Part shown: positions 34,501-40,855 of the stretch, piece by piece
How positions within the stretch are numbered: position 1 is the stretch's first letter
Layout of the letters: each line of letters starts with the position of its first letter
Source of the DNA: a virus
Taxonomy: Duplodnaviria; Caudoviricetes
Strand: one strand, 5' to 3'
Virus record (IMG/VR): IMGVR_UViG_3300032327_000953
Location: 32,001-96,000 of that record
Length of the DNA: 64,000 nucleotides
Made by a program: the position numbers and the translations under genes
The notes under the pieces: generated by a model
The model's input: only the letters and a program-made list of their open reading frames with translations
The model's database searches: none
Told to the model about the DNA's origin: nothing

Positions 34501-37500
34501 CCAGCGGGACCACCCAATCCACCCAACTGTTCTAGTATAACATCCTGAATACTTTTACTTTTTTCTTGGGCCAATTGAGCAACTCTACCAACTGGCATTT
34601 GAGCTTGTGAGCTTTGACCCATAACTCTCATTGCCGGAACATTGCCCATAGTTGCTGGTGCAGAAAAGTCTAGAGCGTAGTTTTGTGGATCTTTTTGGGC
34701 TAATGCATCTAATAATTTATATGGGGTAAATCCAGTAGCAGATTTCATCTTTTGTTTTTTAGTTCTTAACTCTTTTAGAACTTCTACTTTAGCTGCATAT
34801 TCTGGATCTTCCTCTATTTTTTTGGAATCTATTCTTTTAATTCCAAGAGCTTCTATCTCTTTATCTATGTGGCTCATTTCCGCTTGAGCTTCTTTTTGAG
34901 CTTGTTCTATAAGAGATGGTAAAACACTAGCTCTATTTTGTATTTTTCCAATATTATTAGAAACGAGATCATATACGCCAGGAGATAATACTGATTGAAG
35001 TTTAGCCATATCTCCAGCTATAATTAAATCTCTAACCATTGTTCCACTAATGCCGCCAGTTCTTTCTATACTCTTAACGTCATATCCAGCTTGTTTATAT
35101 TTTGCTGTTTGATCTTCTGTTTTATCTGCAACAAAGGCTGTGCTACCTTTACCAGGAATTAATACTTGTCTTCTGTCGGAACCTTGTTGAGTGATATCAA
35201 AACCTTGAGGAACCTCAAAATCTCTTGGTTTGGGAAGTACAGTGGCACCCTTTGCTCCGAAACCAGCCTTAGCCAATAATACTCTAGCGTCTTGATCAAA
35301 TATGGCTGTGCGATAAGATGATGGATCTACGGCCTCATTAGCTCCAACTAATGCTATAAAATCTTCTGGAGGAATACCCATAGCAGCAGCAGCATCCATA
35401 ATCGATTCATGACCAGCTGTAGTTGGAGCAAATCCACCCCATGTGAAACCAATTCTCTTCTTAATAATATCTACTAATTCATTGCCACTCTTTCTTCTTA
35501 GTCTACCAGAACCGCTTCTTCCTAATACTGTAGATTTAGCTCCTAGCTTATCTGATAATAATGCCTCGCCAACAGCAGTATCTGTTGAAACGCCCATGGT
35601 AGTTCCAGGTTGACGACCCTCTAAACCGATCCCCGTAACATCTCTTGACCCTCTTTGATCTTTTACTCTGCTTCTTTCTGCACTAGTGGTTGAACTTAAT
35701 GTATATGCTCTATCAACATCTCCAAAGAAATCATCCATTTTAGTTTTACTTACACTACTAGTAAGAATTAATATTTCAGTAGCCCTATCAATATCTTCTG
35801 GACTAAGAATTGGAAATCTTTCTGTTTGTCTTAGTTTAGCGCTATCTGTGCCTTGACCACGAGCTAATGTTGTTTTACCGCTACCAGCAACGCCATATAT
35901 TGCTCTTAGTTTTTGAATATTAGCAGATTTTCGCGCATTAACAGCTAGCTTGGTAAGATAGTCTGAATAGATTCTTGGACCTTCAGATCCTGTTTCTTTC
36001 ATTCCTTTTTCTACAACAGCTTTATTAGCTTCATTGGCTATAACATCATAATCAATATATCCTACTTTTCTTTGAGCTACTCCACCTTTTTCAAATTTTT
36101 GAATTATACCGCCAAGATTTTTTTCTTCAAATCTACCTGTTAATAGTTTTTTCTCTTTTAGTTTTGCTACTAGATCAGGAGCCTTAAACATTGGCCTACC
36201 AAAAACATCATACTGATTAGTACCTTTAAATATCTTTGTTAAGTCATCTGAACTTTTACTGGAAGCCCACTCTGTTGTTAGATCTTTAGCCTGCTGGGCT
36301 TTCTTTTTTTCTTTTGCTGTATAGTTTTTAGCTCCTTTACCCTTAACTTCATATGTATCAGCACCAACCAAACGAGTTAAAGTTTTATATGGAGTAGCTG
36401 TTGGAGTAAAATCAACCCTTAAACTGTCTCCATCGTACACACTATCTAGTTCTACTTTAGAAACACCACCACCCTTTTTGAATTTCTGAACACCATTATT
36501 TATTTTATGAAGATTACTGGATCCAACAGCTCTTGCAGATTTTTTATTAACAACGAACTCGCCAGGAGTTAATAGTGCAGGAACGCTATCGGTATTACCT
36601 GATCCTGGAACGCTACCTCCCCTAGCAAATTTTCTAACTACTCCACCACGATTTAAGGTAGGGCCTCCACCACCAGGAGGTAAACTAGAAAGATTATTAT
36701 TCAGAGATGTAATCTCATTCAATAGTTGTGTCATAACACCATTGCCAAGATTATCTATTGAGGCAGTTAGTGGGTTAATAGCTGTGGTAAGATTATTTAA
36801 TGCTGTTGTTGTTTTATCAAGAGCAGCACTATTGTCAGTATATGAATCAGCTATCTTTTGGGATTTTGCGGCGGCTGCTTGATCCTGACCTCCAGCTGGG
36901 GATCCATTTGGTTTAACTTTTCTTAGTCCTCCAACGAAACCACCAACAAAACTAGTTAATGCTTTGGCTCCTTTGATAGCTCCAATAGCGGTAATAATTG
37001 GTAGTAATGGTTTAGCAACATCTGCAACTTTGATAAAGGTATTAGCTAGACTCAATCCAAGGCTAACTAATGTTTTAAAACTATCACTATTGCCAATATC
37101 TCTAATTAATGCAACAAAGGATTCTCTTGTTTTTGAAAATTGAACTGCTAATGATGCTTGTGCTTTCACAGCATCCATAGCTAATGATGATTGTCCTCTT
37201 TGAGCCACACCCAATGCTTGTTGAGCAGTAGCGAACTCTTGGATTAATGGCAGAACCTTGCCGATCTGTCTGAAACCACCAAGTTCTTCTACAATTCTGG
37301 AAAAGCTAGTATCTCTTGGATCTAGCTTACCCAATCCTTCGCTTAATAATTTAACTGCTTTATAAGCTCCTACGAATTTACCTTCAACATCAAGAAGATT
37401 AACACCATATTCTTTTAAGGCGTCAATGGTATCTTCTCTTTGAATTCTAGTAAAGATGGTTCTTAAACCGGTAGCAATAGTTTCTGCACTTTCACGAGTG

Positions 37501-38465
37501 GTAGCTCGTACGCTAGTAAATACCGCAATAAATTCATTTAGAGCATCTGTTCCTTGACTAACGCCTTTACTTGCAGCAGCAAACACACCACCGGTACGCT
37601 GAATAGCGGTAATAATATCACTAGCTTCAACAGCAAAACCAGCAGCAACAGCATTAATAGAACCTAATGCTTTATCTAAATCTTCTGTACTAATTTTGAA
37701 CTGACGCATTAATGCGATACTACCTTCGACCGTATCATTAAGGTTGTCGAATGATGGGGCCAAAGCTGTTAATGCCAATGCTTTAAGGGCTTGATCTGTT
37801 TCTCTGGCGCTAAAACCAGCTTGTGCTAATGTATCAGATATCTTAATAAGATCAGAAGAAGCAACTCCCAATCCTGTGGATAATCCAGTAATGGTATCTG
37901 TTATTCTACTAAGCTGATCATATGATTCGCCAGTAATCTGAGTTAATCTTACTAACTGTCTATCAAAATCAATAAACTCTTGAGTGGCCTTCGATACAGC
38001 ATTAAGTAGTCCAAAGATTGCTCCTGTGGCAAAATTAAATGCGGCAAAACGACGAACAGCAAGAGCAGACTGTCTACCAAATTCTTCCATCTCACTTCTT
38101 GCTTCTACTGTTCCTTTTTTCAATTTAGCCATCTGCTGAGTGGTGGCTTGTGCTGATGATACTATCTGGGACATGGAGGAGTTTGATCCATTAAGGGCTC
38201 CTCCAAGACTATTGATAGCACCAACCAAACTAGTGATATTGGTGGTTGTTGATGCAGAAGCTTGGGCTGTTATTTGTAGTTCTTTATTTAGACGGGCCAA
38301 AGCATTTGATGTATTAAGTATTGATCTTTCTGCTGATTTATCTAACTTAACTTTAACGGTAGCGTCTACGGTACCAATCTCTCTTCTAATAGCAGATGCT
38401 ATTTGTCTGAGATTACCTGGTCCTCTTAAATTAAGTTCAGCTGTAAGATTAAAACCTTTTGCCAT
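22587..38465 (-). CDS. Tail tape measure protein (5292 aa) with inserted enzymatic domains (SNase-like, P-loop kinase, HIGH nucleotidyltransferase, HAD phosphatase, GNAT)
   Basis: Lies after the tail tube and chaperone block. N-terminal Ala/Leu-rich TMP core (FDRQLVRLTQITG...SDTLAQAGFSA...INAVAAGFAV...ETIATGLRTIFTRI) and five DxVPAxLTxG(E/D) TMP motifs. Enzyme motifs are listed under findings. Confidence 0.92.
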   Translation of the reverse strand: MAKGFNLTAELNLRGPGNLRQIASAIRREIGTVDATVKVKLDKSAERSILNTSNALARLNKELQITAQASASTTTNITSLVGAINSLGGALNGSNSSMSQIVSSAQATTQQMAKLKKGTVEARSEMEEFGRQSALAVRRFAAFNFATGAIFGLLNAVSKATQEFIDFDRQLVRLTQITGESYDQLSRITDTITGLSTGLGVASSDLIKISDTLAQAGFSARETDQALKALALTALAPSFDNLNDTVEGSIALMRQFKISTEDLDKALGSINAVAAGFAVEASDIITAIQRTGGVFAAASKGVSQGTDALNEFIAVFTSVRATTRESAETIATGLRTIFTRIQREDTIDALKEYGVNLLDVEGKFVGAYKAVKLLSEGLGKLDPRDTSFSRIVEELGGFRQIGKVLPLIQEFATAQQALGVAQRGQSSLAMDAVKAQASLAVQFSKTRESFVALIRDIGNSDSFKTLVSLGLSLANTFIKVADVAKPLLPIITAIGAIKGAKALTSFVGGFVGGLRKVKPNGSPAGGQDQAAAAKSQKIADSYTDNSAALDKTTTALNNLTTAINPLTASIDNLGNGVMTQLLNEITSLNNNLSSLPPGGGGPTLNRGGVVRKFARGGSVPGSGNTDSVPALLTPGEFVVNKKSARAVGSSNLHKINNGVQKFKKGGGVSKVELDSVYDGDSLRVDFTPTATPYKTLTRLVGADTYEVKGKGAKNYTAKEKKKAQQAKDLTTEWASSKSSDDLTKIFKGTNQYDVFGRPMFKAPDLVAKLKEKKLLTGRFEEKNLGGIIQKFEKGGVAQRKVGYIDYDVIANEANKAVVEKGMKETGSEGPRIYSDYLTKLAVNARKSANIQKLRAIYGVAGSGKTTLARGQGTDSAKLRQTERFPILSPEDIDRATEILILTSSVSKTKMDDFFGDVDRAYTLSSTTSAERSRVKDQRGSRDVTGIGLEGRQPGTTMGVSTDTAVGEALLSDKLGAKSTVLGRSGSGRLRRKSGNELVDIIKKRIGFTWGGFAPTTAGHESIMDAAAAMGIPPEDFIALVGANEAVDPSSYRTAIFDQDARVLLAKAGFGAKGATVLPKPRDFEVPQGFDITQQGSDRRQVLIPGKGSTAFVADKTEDQTAKYKQAGYDVKSIERTGGISGTMVRDLIIAGDMAKLQSVLSPGVYDLVSNNIGKIQNRASVLPSLIEQAQKEAQAEMSHIDKEIEALGIKRIDSKKIEEDPEYAAKVEVLKELRTKKQKMKSATGFTPYKLLDALAQKDPQNYALDFSAPATMGNVPAMRVMGQSSQAQMPVGRVAQLAQEKSKSIQDVILEQLGGLGGPAGVKRILGIGSGDRTLSSLLQAGNIKAGKGLEQAADFINKALDAKGIRDAAEAKRLEEYQAKALHFGIAGLLPMDYEKEFEWNIGGTDVYATARGFGSTYLEEARQMQKESSALAQKFAENVQNKNIFGGGENLAFDFDKTLVEGADILDAAGKPDIPQYSNRDAVKAALGKARTTRLADKLKSLIDQDPSFIKRTRILTARPQSTADLLASTLQRLGLPYSEDDVTGVSGGASSNIASLKAANLQQQEKLIDDNLDNIRAAHKAGKKGFQYIEPQSTTSELDEKMGQGNIEGAIIEKALAILGAPVRPDAKQNRAIDYPDGLGSAAQFFPGIDPGIPTEVKRTIDGSSLEKVREEIGSYLTGGAEAVKLALGGRVRRFAVGGVAEAEQKKEKQYGKISITEDSGMISAGYLKSGQENSRQGYASAYKLRDNLYYVGLSSATKGYGPRLYDILMEAVTEKGAMLTSDRSVVSGDAKKVWEYYFKNRGDVKKTPLEPKDWTHNEALLDPKLYGKKETWPPADDPAWVLQTGYSKSPNLIKGPDVVRPDAKPDSRAMALSYFAARTPKFASGGIVPGTGNRDTVPASLTAGDFVIRKSSVAKLGLGGSQGFASGGEVPALLTPGELVVPQAQAKKIGYGKLNTMNKYGRYNKGGAVGIQRFEMGGEAVTPAEMSIFRSSMAAVMATFSDEVSSAVDKIDLPTIDTSSWETMRKSLIEIQKVVRSNFATLGDDVVNSMRAMTSAGNKALGDIELDRARVRQSEIASSRGYSSNDIENMRDTVSDAKTGREATFGRKRKNAEREAEGKAPFEALDLMTMMRSAVGGRQPTPLNVAASTPSAPVEPDLSLRDIDFYEKRMNYSDVSGKDTPISGRGREYAAELAHQDPAQVDALVKQLRDMFSSVMTGVKTPSGQISAAGQSQSWANWDIGKQLFMSKNPDQSSDKYHLGNPMQDPKVMLQMVQRMVGYEATGGGKRNGVANNIPSFELVEIGAKAMAESLSKDTAQLDSFLKVLNGLTREDLLGGLAGSSAAAPKPSGGGLGYPGSMQKAPYTYSPFDTPDAFGMPTGPTPSGAGGSGSPPIPPGPPTGNPLSGDAEAAIQRYMMEMEAAAKAVKIQTYQAERLAGATASEAKARADAASQAAAQAIAQQRLVGATAEETAAITEATARIAKVRGGATLTPGNIKPAAESLARGGAPAPDTTDYSKVAKDNADAISTMTTNFTKLSASFAFGSSMLASFVGTGNLAGKALQSLSGSIGNTTALFVAANGAIQTFSDFALSDNTKKYLDNFSSYLIDAGRKVEGFASGFSSSAASGFLNRIASGLGKGGGLVGKLAGNLPQIVSGVSGALSALAGPVGIAVTAGNAMASLFIDMTDALRQNKLDASIKAFDNNLKYAEQALDTYSRNTIDNAGQLQIANTAIMNAAKEARTQSDITSTNPKWAMTNIIGEGLALGAGGQESRAQRADILDKKGMMAYIGSLTDATGRTQEQYTRELIPQKAAETAEKFKKPAELQQRVISERFRKGESSSDIMNSPDWKQQAEVLARSNAETEQQLRSIDADLSLSQQARDVRKQELMSLVAANNVRDQEVKHIRNKNSEEANNESSKMLYGLERMLGNMEQSINVVTYSMSKLADQTDLLKASMTGDAKIGTTRIDASNVLQNPNMYSADERSKAADVGSQFFGPQANDMKGLLQFGPDLENTILSTINRTIQEDPGASSGKIEARISQNIEKDLSNLNIDEGLKKALSKDISSSLSESQKSGEDKINYQQVFGEASAFSKTVQSTKKAQEAALKALEFYQQSVNNYAQSMNEAVALQISSNEKMRRADDIRTRGEMTLAKNLGKNISFESSKSAANAGVMSQAGTSDPRQIMNNIGRLEMTRQNQQASVDAAAQRGPKGAKDLMAFTGQLSGTTMQLRENYAALKSLAESTEVADAALAKMSEIKAKNEAGLGILERFVTSTPKEQAKLNQSFERLDRNMNGQANNMWDSIRVQEAYNESLKNGGSMQDAQEAADQAAAQDRGDTMEAFKMLAPYLGDNQNQLKANMLESMMTESGVEMSPMFNQVLEGLRNPEQDPQMAEAIQQYKEANALQVQANHYLAMLDGTLAQQIGTQAQTAFSNSLSGVQQANANANAKDTAAGINKLNNHLQSGVTKVTTVSSGARETPDIPGMATGGVVEYRAVGGSIFKPKGSDTVPAMLTPGEFVVNKSAASANGPLLHAINNGYSKGGSVKYYSEGGWVSDMLKPPDQGRFADADPAKNTLYTKFNDYATFGPGGKENDVKANLEKLKSDEGFIQFIKPYSIPTFNGTSDKLYSSMGNPLLDKITGQINEPIFGVLPDFTLSRNVASNALDSAGKGAIKGAALGASATGNSDALAGAVASNFTGSTSSAHSAMTSMGFAQDGIAANAAGYIWEAMKFVPGLGAVVSGIDAVKKIFVDRDFIGGALEGLGAITNLLPIPGAGFIGKGVAGALKWMTRFMPKSVVAKLGSFIPGIFERFPGGKRLFDWISDKVRGPTVDLIKYLIPESILSKIGWGATGQQIVARKFGNTVAGAAAGTVGGGTIGAIGGVGNAIATGAVPNAANTVMDKLKESMVMSDFKYPSKLINETILGNTINTGADTLTLDEAKDQFNAITPWMNALDKAAKWEKVKTAPKAKVTIGGTAYSQYGFGPESKENGQKFMFASSVKSAGDLNIEDFPKLSSVDNLLQFTPGGYPTLGSDEKSEAANSFYKAKGLDFSNTAALAGQGNIEDFSVLQKIFRDYYDDLSETKPLTTTDKAGGYDPKFWTTKPPAAQKLSKTNAILTALAEGTKFKYSFNKSELADDKKDLFKWGYSTTDKPVGDAKPKESSGETNDMLTVYTKAVRSRWASIISSETNKKAAAEGKIWDGGNSTGFKVFQGTDSTKFEPLPWTTDTGLIGAVAEAQMEKAQEQIMQEKIGLNISPQTSYNKMIDLPSSKRKLPVFFDFQKFESIPLLNPEDTEYDPKAKKSFLTDGADVATKGLFIRGRTVDRGTQAVSPFQTLNQSADSELPYFSNEESLDTAVQKWAVSNFDIPDFSLAGIKLATMYNPIVAEKAFKASSDIRSARTSRREGVKTDAQEQSGAASLLKTANTLFYSDDYKLGENIPYSDARDLIISKLPLISEAMQLAAIQDTSMSKDEKRKKMQQEASQILIKPEHIPSLGNTVWQNVKKVDIPMISGLKTSSDWMKAASEDGMSPPEEIKNQTDLLDAIDYISWIKSKVLSVTQKAQGQSKEKLAEVQNMTTETAFGKYMSAGRFLGQISAGEEGAAAISSKASERLYSKYGSELDKWTTTENVALATVKKKDGTARGKQTEAKRKFWNIPEIIKQDDFADFILGFAAQQRGAQRFNQLISGNGDAKLNQDQATAIAATYKQFMGGEKAISTDKSGTTSVMKGIGGPSGNQLVDIALPTDIDAVRDQFMNLETVYEPDYREVLGGTLLQLGDRYATKWAKSGDPGTEEWSTLWSEYSDQLTSLKAFLTARDELLMRPVGLEGETLFPEAVLPSLIGGVKSTIQAAGMPVPEISAESLAGALYNPDEFMTKVKELLATATANIPGLNSGDYKERDKAEGVVGLINKFYSDNFAPGALPRVFTKEGQEYWQEMKALYPTAKKGWEMFSGGLSGEAASDTTVPFDPIERIYDEAQMPSAQGTKYGFYYMKNRKHGTNNTITAMERDASQPKPETQAAGTSGSVVDQAVANAGTQEVGMPQSASESEVKKVAGEQEPVTRAKGGLIYRAAGGKAPVNWTPKGTDTVPAMLTPGEYVINRESTGKYLPILEAINSGNASQGAIAAAVQGGGTPAASYASRGGVIAPRYFSRGAEVGAASGVSNSYSMGFDSATLAAIKQFDTSVQAFGEALSQLNIGNIKLDEAALTALGDFATKFDQFTESLLKLNVPPVISITGQHDVNVHLNGAAVFSTMEERMQTMILDEIDKAFGQLSKDNEGGISTPRRSK

Positions 38466-38488
38466 ATGATCTTATCCTTATAGGGTAC

Positions 38489-38527
38489 AAAAAATAACAC
38501 CAACAGACTCCCTGCCTGCTGGTGCTA
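38489..38527 (-). terminator. Rho-independent terminator immediately upstream of the TMP gene
   Basis: Minus strand TAGCACCAGCAG-loop-CTGTTGGTGTTA (12-bp stem with two G-U pairs) followed by TTTTTT. Confidence 0.65.
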
Positions 38528-38562
38528 TTCTGTGAGCAAAAATATGGATATGAGACAAACTA

Positions 38563-39489
38563 CTAAGATGCTTTAACAACAGATTCTGTTTCAACAGTGG
38601 TAACTGCAACATCGACTGCTGGTGTGGACGTAGCTGTTGATGCTTCTGGTTGTGGAGTTTCTTCTGCTTTTGGCTCATTTTTCACATCTTCTTCTAAAAT
38701 AATTGGATTACCATCTTCGTCTAAGAATGGCTTATATTCAACAACATACTCGCCATCCTTATCAACCCTATTGCCAAACTTATCCACAAAGTTACCCTTA
38801 TCATCAACATATCTACCATTCTCATCAACTAGTCTACCATCGGCATCTGTTAGTTGTCCCTGTTTATTAATGTAGCGTAGCTTTTCATCAATAAACTTAA
38901 ATTTCTTCAAGAACTTATTTTCCGGCAAATTCAATTCATAGTCATTATCCAATCCATAAAGCATGGAAGCCAAATGCTGAGCAGCCACTATAGCAACTTC
39001 CTCATTTGACCTGTTTAAATAGTCCTCCATATTGCTAAAATATGGCTGTTTGTTACTATCATTATACACCAAGCATGATGATACAAGATAGTTAAATCTA
39101 GCGTTGTCTGCTTGGCCTTCAGCGCTATGATTATCAAGAGATGTTCTTACTGAAATTAATGATCTAATTTCCTCTCTATCTTTCTTCATCTGAATAGCAA
39201 TCTCCTTGGCTTCCTTTAGGGAGATACCACCCTTTGCTAACTTTCTTTCAGAATCAAGAATATCCTGCTGTAGCTTGGTGAACTTGATCTGTTTATCCTG
39301 ATTCCACAGACCTTGATCCTCAAGCAACTCATCCATCTTGGCTCTTACCACGCATTTGGACTTGATAGCGTCTGTAAAGGCTTGGTTATAAACTTTCTGA
39401 GCTTCCCTCTGATCATTTATAGAGGGGGTTTTAACAAGAAATTCTGTTTCCTTTTCATTAATCTTAATCTTGAATGTCTTAGTCTTCAT
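38563..39489 (-). CDS. Putative tail assembly chaperone-region protein (308 aa)
   Basis: Position between tail tube and TMP; charged helical sequence; acidic Thr/Ala-rich tail; ATGA overlap with the upstream gene. Confidence 0.5.
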   Translation of the reverse strand: MKTKTFKIKINEKETEFLVKTPSINDQREAQKVYNQAFTDAIKSKCVVRAKMDELLEDQGLWNQDKQIKFTKLQQDILDSERKLAKGGISLKEAKEIAIQMKKDREEIRSLISVRTSLDNHSAEGQADNARFNYLVSSCLVYNDSNKQPYFSNMEDYLNRSNEEVAIVAAQHLASMLYGLDNDYELNLPENKFLKKFKFIDEKLRYINKQGQLTDADGRLVDENGRYVDDKGNFVDKFGNRVDKDGEYVVEYKPFLDEDGNPIILEEDVKNEPKAEETPQPEASTATSTPAVDVAVTTVETESVVKAS

Positions 39490-39800
39490 TGATCATCTCC
39501 TGTCTGTGGTGGATAACTGGGCTTAACGTAAAACTTGTAATTGTACTTGTATTTTGACCTAATAAATCTGGTAACTTCTGAAATAGCAGAACGCATCTGA
39601 TGATTGCCGTTATTTAATATAAGCATTCTAGTACGTTCCCACAAGTCTCTAAAATCTAATTCTTTGTCTGTAAGATCTTCTTCATTTTTATCAAGACCCC
39701 ACAAATGTCCAAAAGATTCTTCAAATTTAGCTAGTGATCCAATCATAGTTGTTTGAAATCTTTTTTCTAGATTATAATATACTTCATTATCTGGATTCAT
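39486..39800 (-). CDS. Hypothetical protein (104 aa), tail assembly region
   Basis: Translationally coupled to its neighbours (2-nt gap upstream, ATGA overlap downstream). Confidence 0.55.
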   Translation of the reverse strand: MNPDNEVYYNLEKRFQTTMIGSLAKFEESFGHLWGLDKNEEDLTDKELDFRDLWERTRMLILNNGNHQMRSAISEVTRFIRSKYKYNYKFYVKPSYPPQTGDDQ

Positions 39801-39802
39801 AA

Positions 39803-40855
39803 TTATTTCCTATTGTTATTACGTTTAGCATTTAATTGATTAAGTAAATCTCTTTGAACATCTGGCAATTGAGATTCTTGTAATTCAGAACCACCAACAC
39901 TTCTTATAGCGCTAAATTTTTCTTTCATTCTATACAAACCAGCATTATCATTAGCTTTGAGTATCTCTTTGGTCTCTTCTTTAGAATTGCTAACGAAGAA
40001 GACCTCGTCGGCTTTTTGCATCTTTTTGCTACCAAGCATATTTTGAGCTTTGGTCTTTGACTTGGTTTGTTCGTTCTTTCTTTTTTGTACCGTCATCCAT
40101 CCTTCAAGAGCATCTTCATCATCTATGATTACTTCGCTTGGACATTCTGGATGTTCATATATCGAATCAAACATTTTAGTAATATTTACTAAAGCTCTTT
40201 GCTCATCGGACCATTCACACACTGATCCGTCAAAAACCTTTTCTTTATTTGACGATGACCAGTAGGATTTCCATATGTCTGATCTTGCCAATTCTCTTAT
40301 GGTAGTAACAGAAGGTAATGAAGAAGATATCTGATTAGTAATACCATTCAAGAAAATAGAGTTTTTATTCTTAGAATCTTTGAATACTTTCTTATTCTTA
40401 TAGTAAAGAGTATTCATTATTAAGTATTCATTGCGTATCCTACCAGCATAAGCTTCTAATGTATATTGGTCTAAAGAGTGCTGTGCTGTTAATATCCTGT
40501 CTTTTTGCATATTCATACTTTTAATTTGCTTTTTAATATCCTGTCTCCTAGAAAGCTGAATATAGTTTTCGTATAATTCAACCTTCAAATTTTCCAGTCT
40601 TAGATCAATTTGCTTTAGAGCTTCATGATTCTGAGTTCTCCAAACTCCATTATCAATCAAGATTAGCTCAGTATCCTGCAATAATATCCAATCGCTATAA
40701 AGATTTTCATTATAGATTTGTTGGTACAAAATATCTGCTCGATATTTTAAATCTACAGAAGCTCTTCTTAACTGATATAATTTTCCCTCATAATGAAGGT
40801 ACAAAAAACCAGCAATAATCCTAGAAAGTAATAAGTCTTTATCATTCCGTATCAT
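39803..40855 (-). CDS. Hypothetical protein (350 aa), tail assembly region
   Basis: Long helical, charged ORF downstream of the tail tube gene. Confidence 0.55.
   Translation of the reverse strand: MIRNDKDLLLSRIIAGFLYLHYEGKLYQLRRASVDLKYRADILYQQIYNENLYSDWILLQDTELILIDNGVWRTQNHEALKQIDLRLENLKVELYENYIQLSRRQDIKKQIKSMNMQKDRILTAQHSLDQYTLEAYAGRIRNEYLIMNTLYYKNKKVFKDSKNKNSIFLNGITNQISSSLPSVTTIRELARSDIWKSYWSSSNKEKVFDGSVCEWSDEQRALVNITKMFDSIYEHPECPSEVIIDDEDALEGWMTVQKRKNEQTKSKTKAQNMLGSKKMQKADEVFFVSNSKEETKEILKANDNAGLYRMKEKFSAIRSVGGSELQESQLPDVQRDLLNQLNAKRNNNRK

Noticed and set aside
22587-38465. Inteins or introns as the explanation for the TMP size
   Set aside because: I saw no Hint-domain termini (C...HN-C/S/T) or LAGLIDADG motifs. 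The inserts carry other catalytic signatures.
38478-38678. 66-aa ORF as a frameshift extension of the 308-aa chaperone-region gene
   Set aside because: It is in the +1 frame, adds only about 28 residues, has no slippery site and runs through the terminator hairpin.
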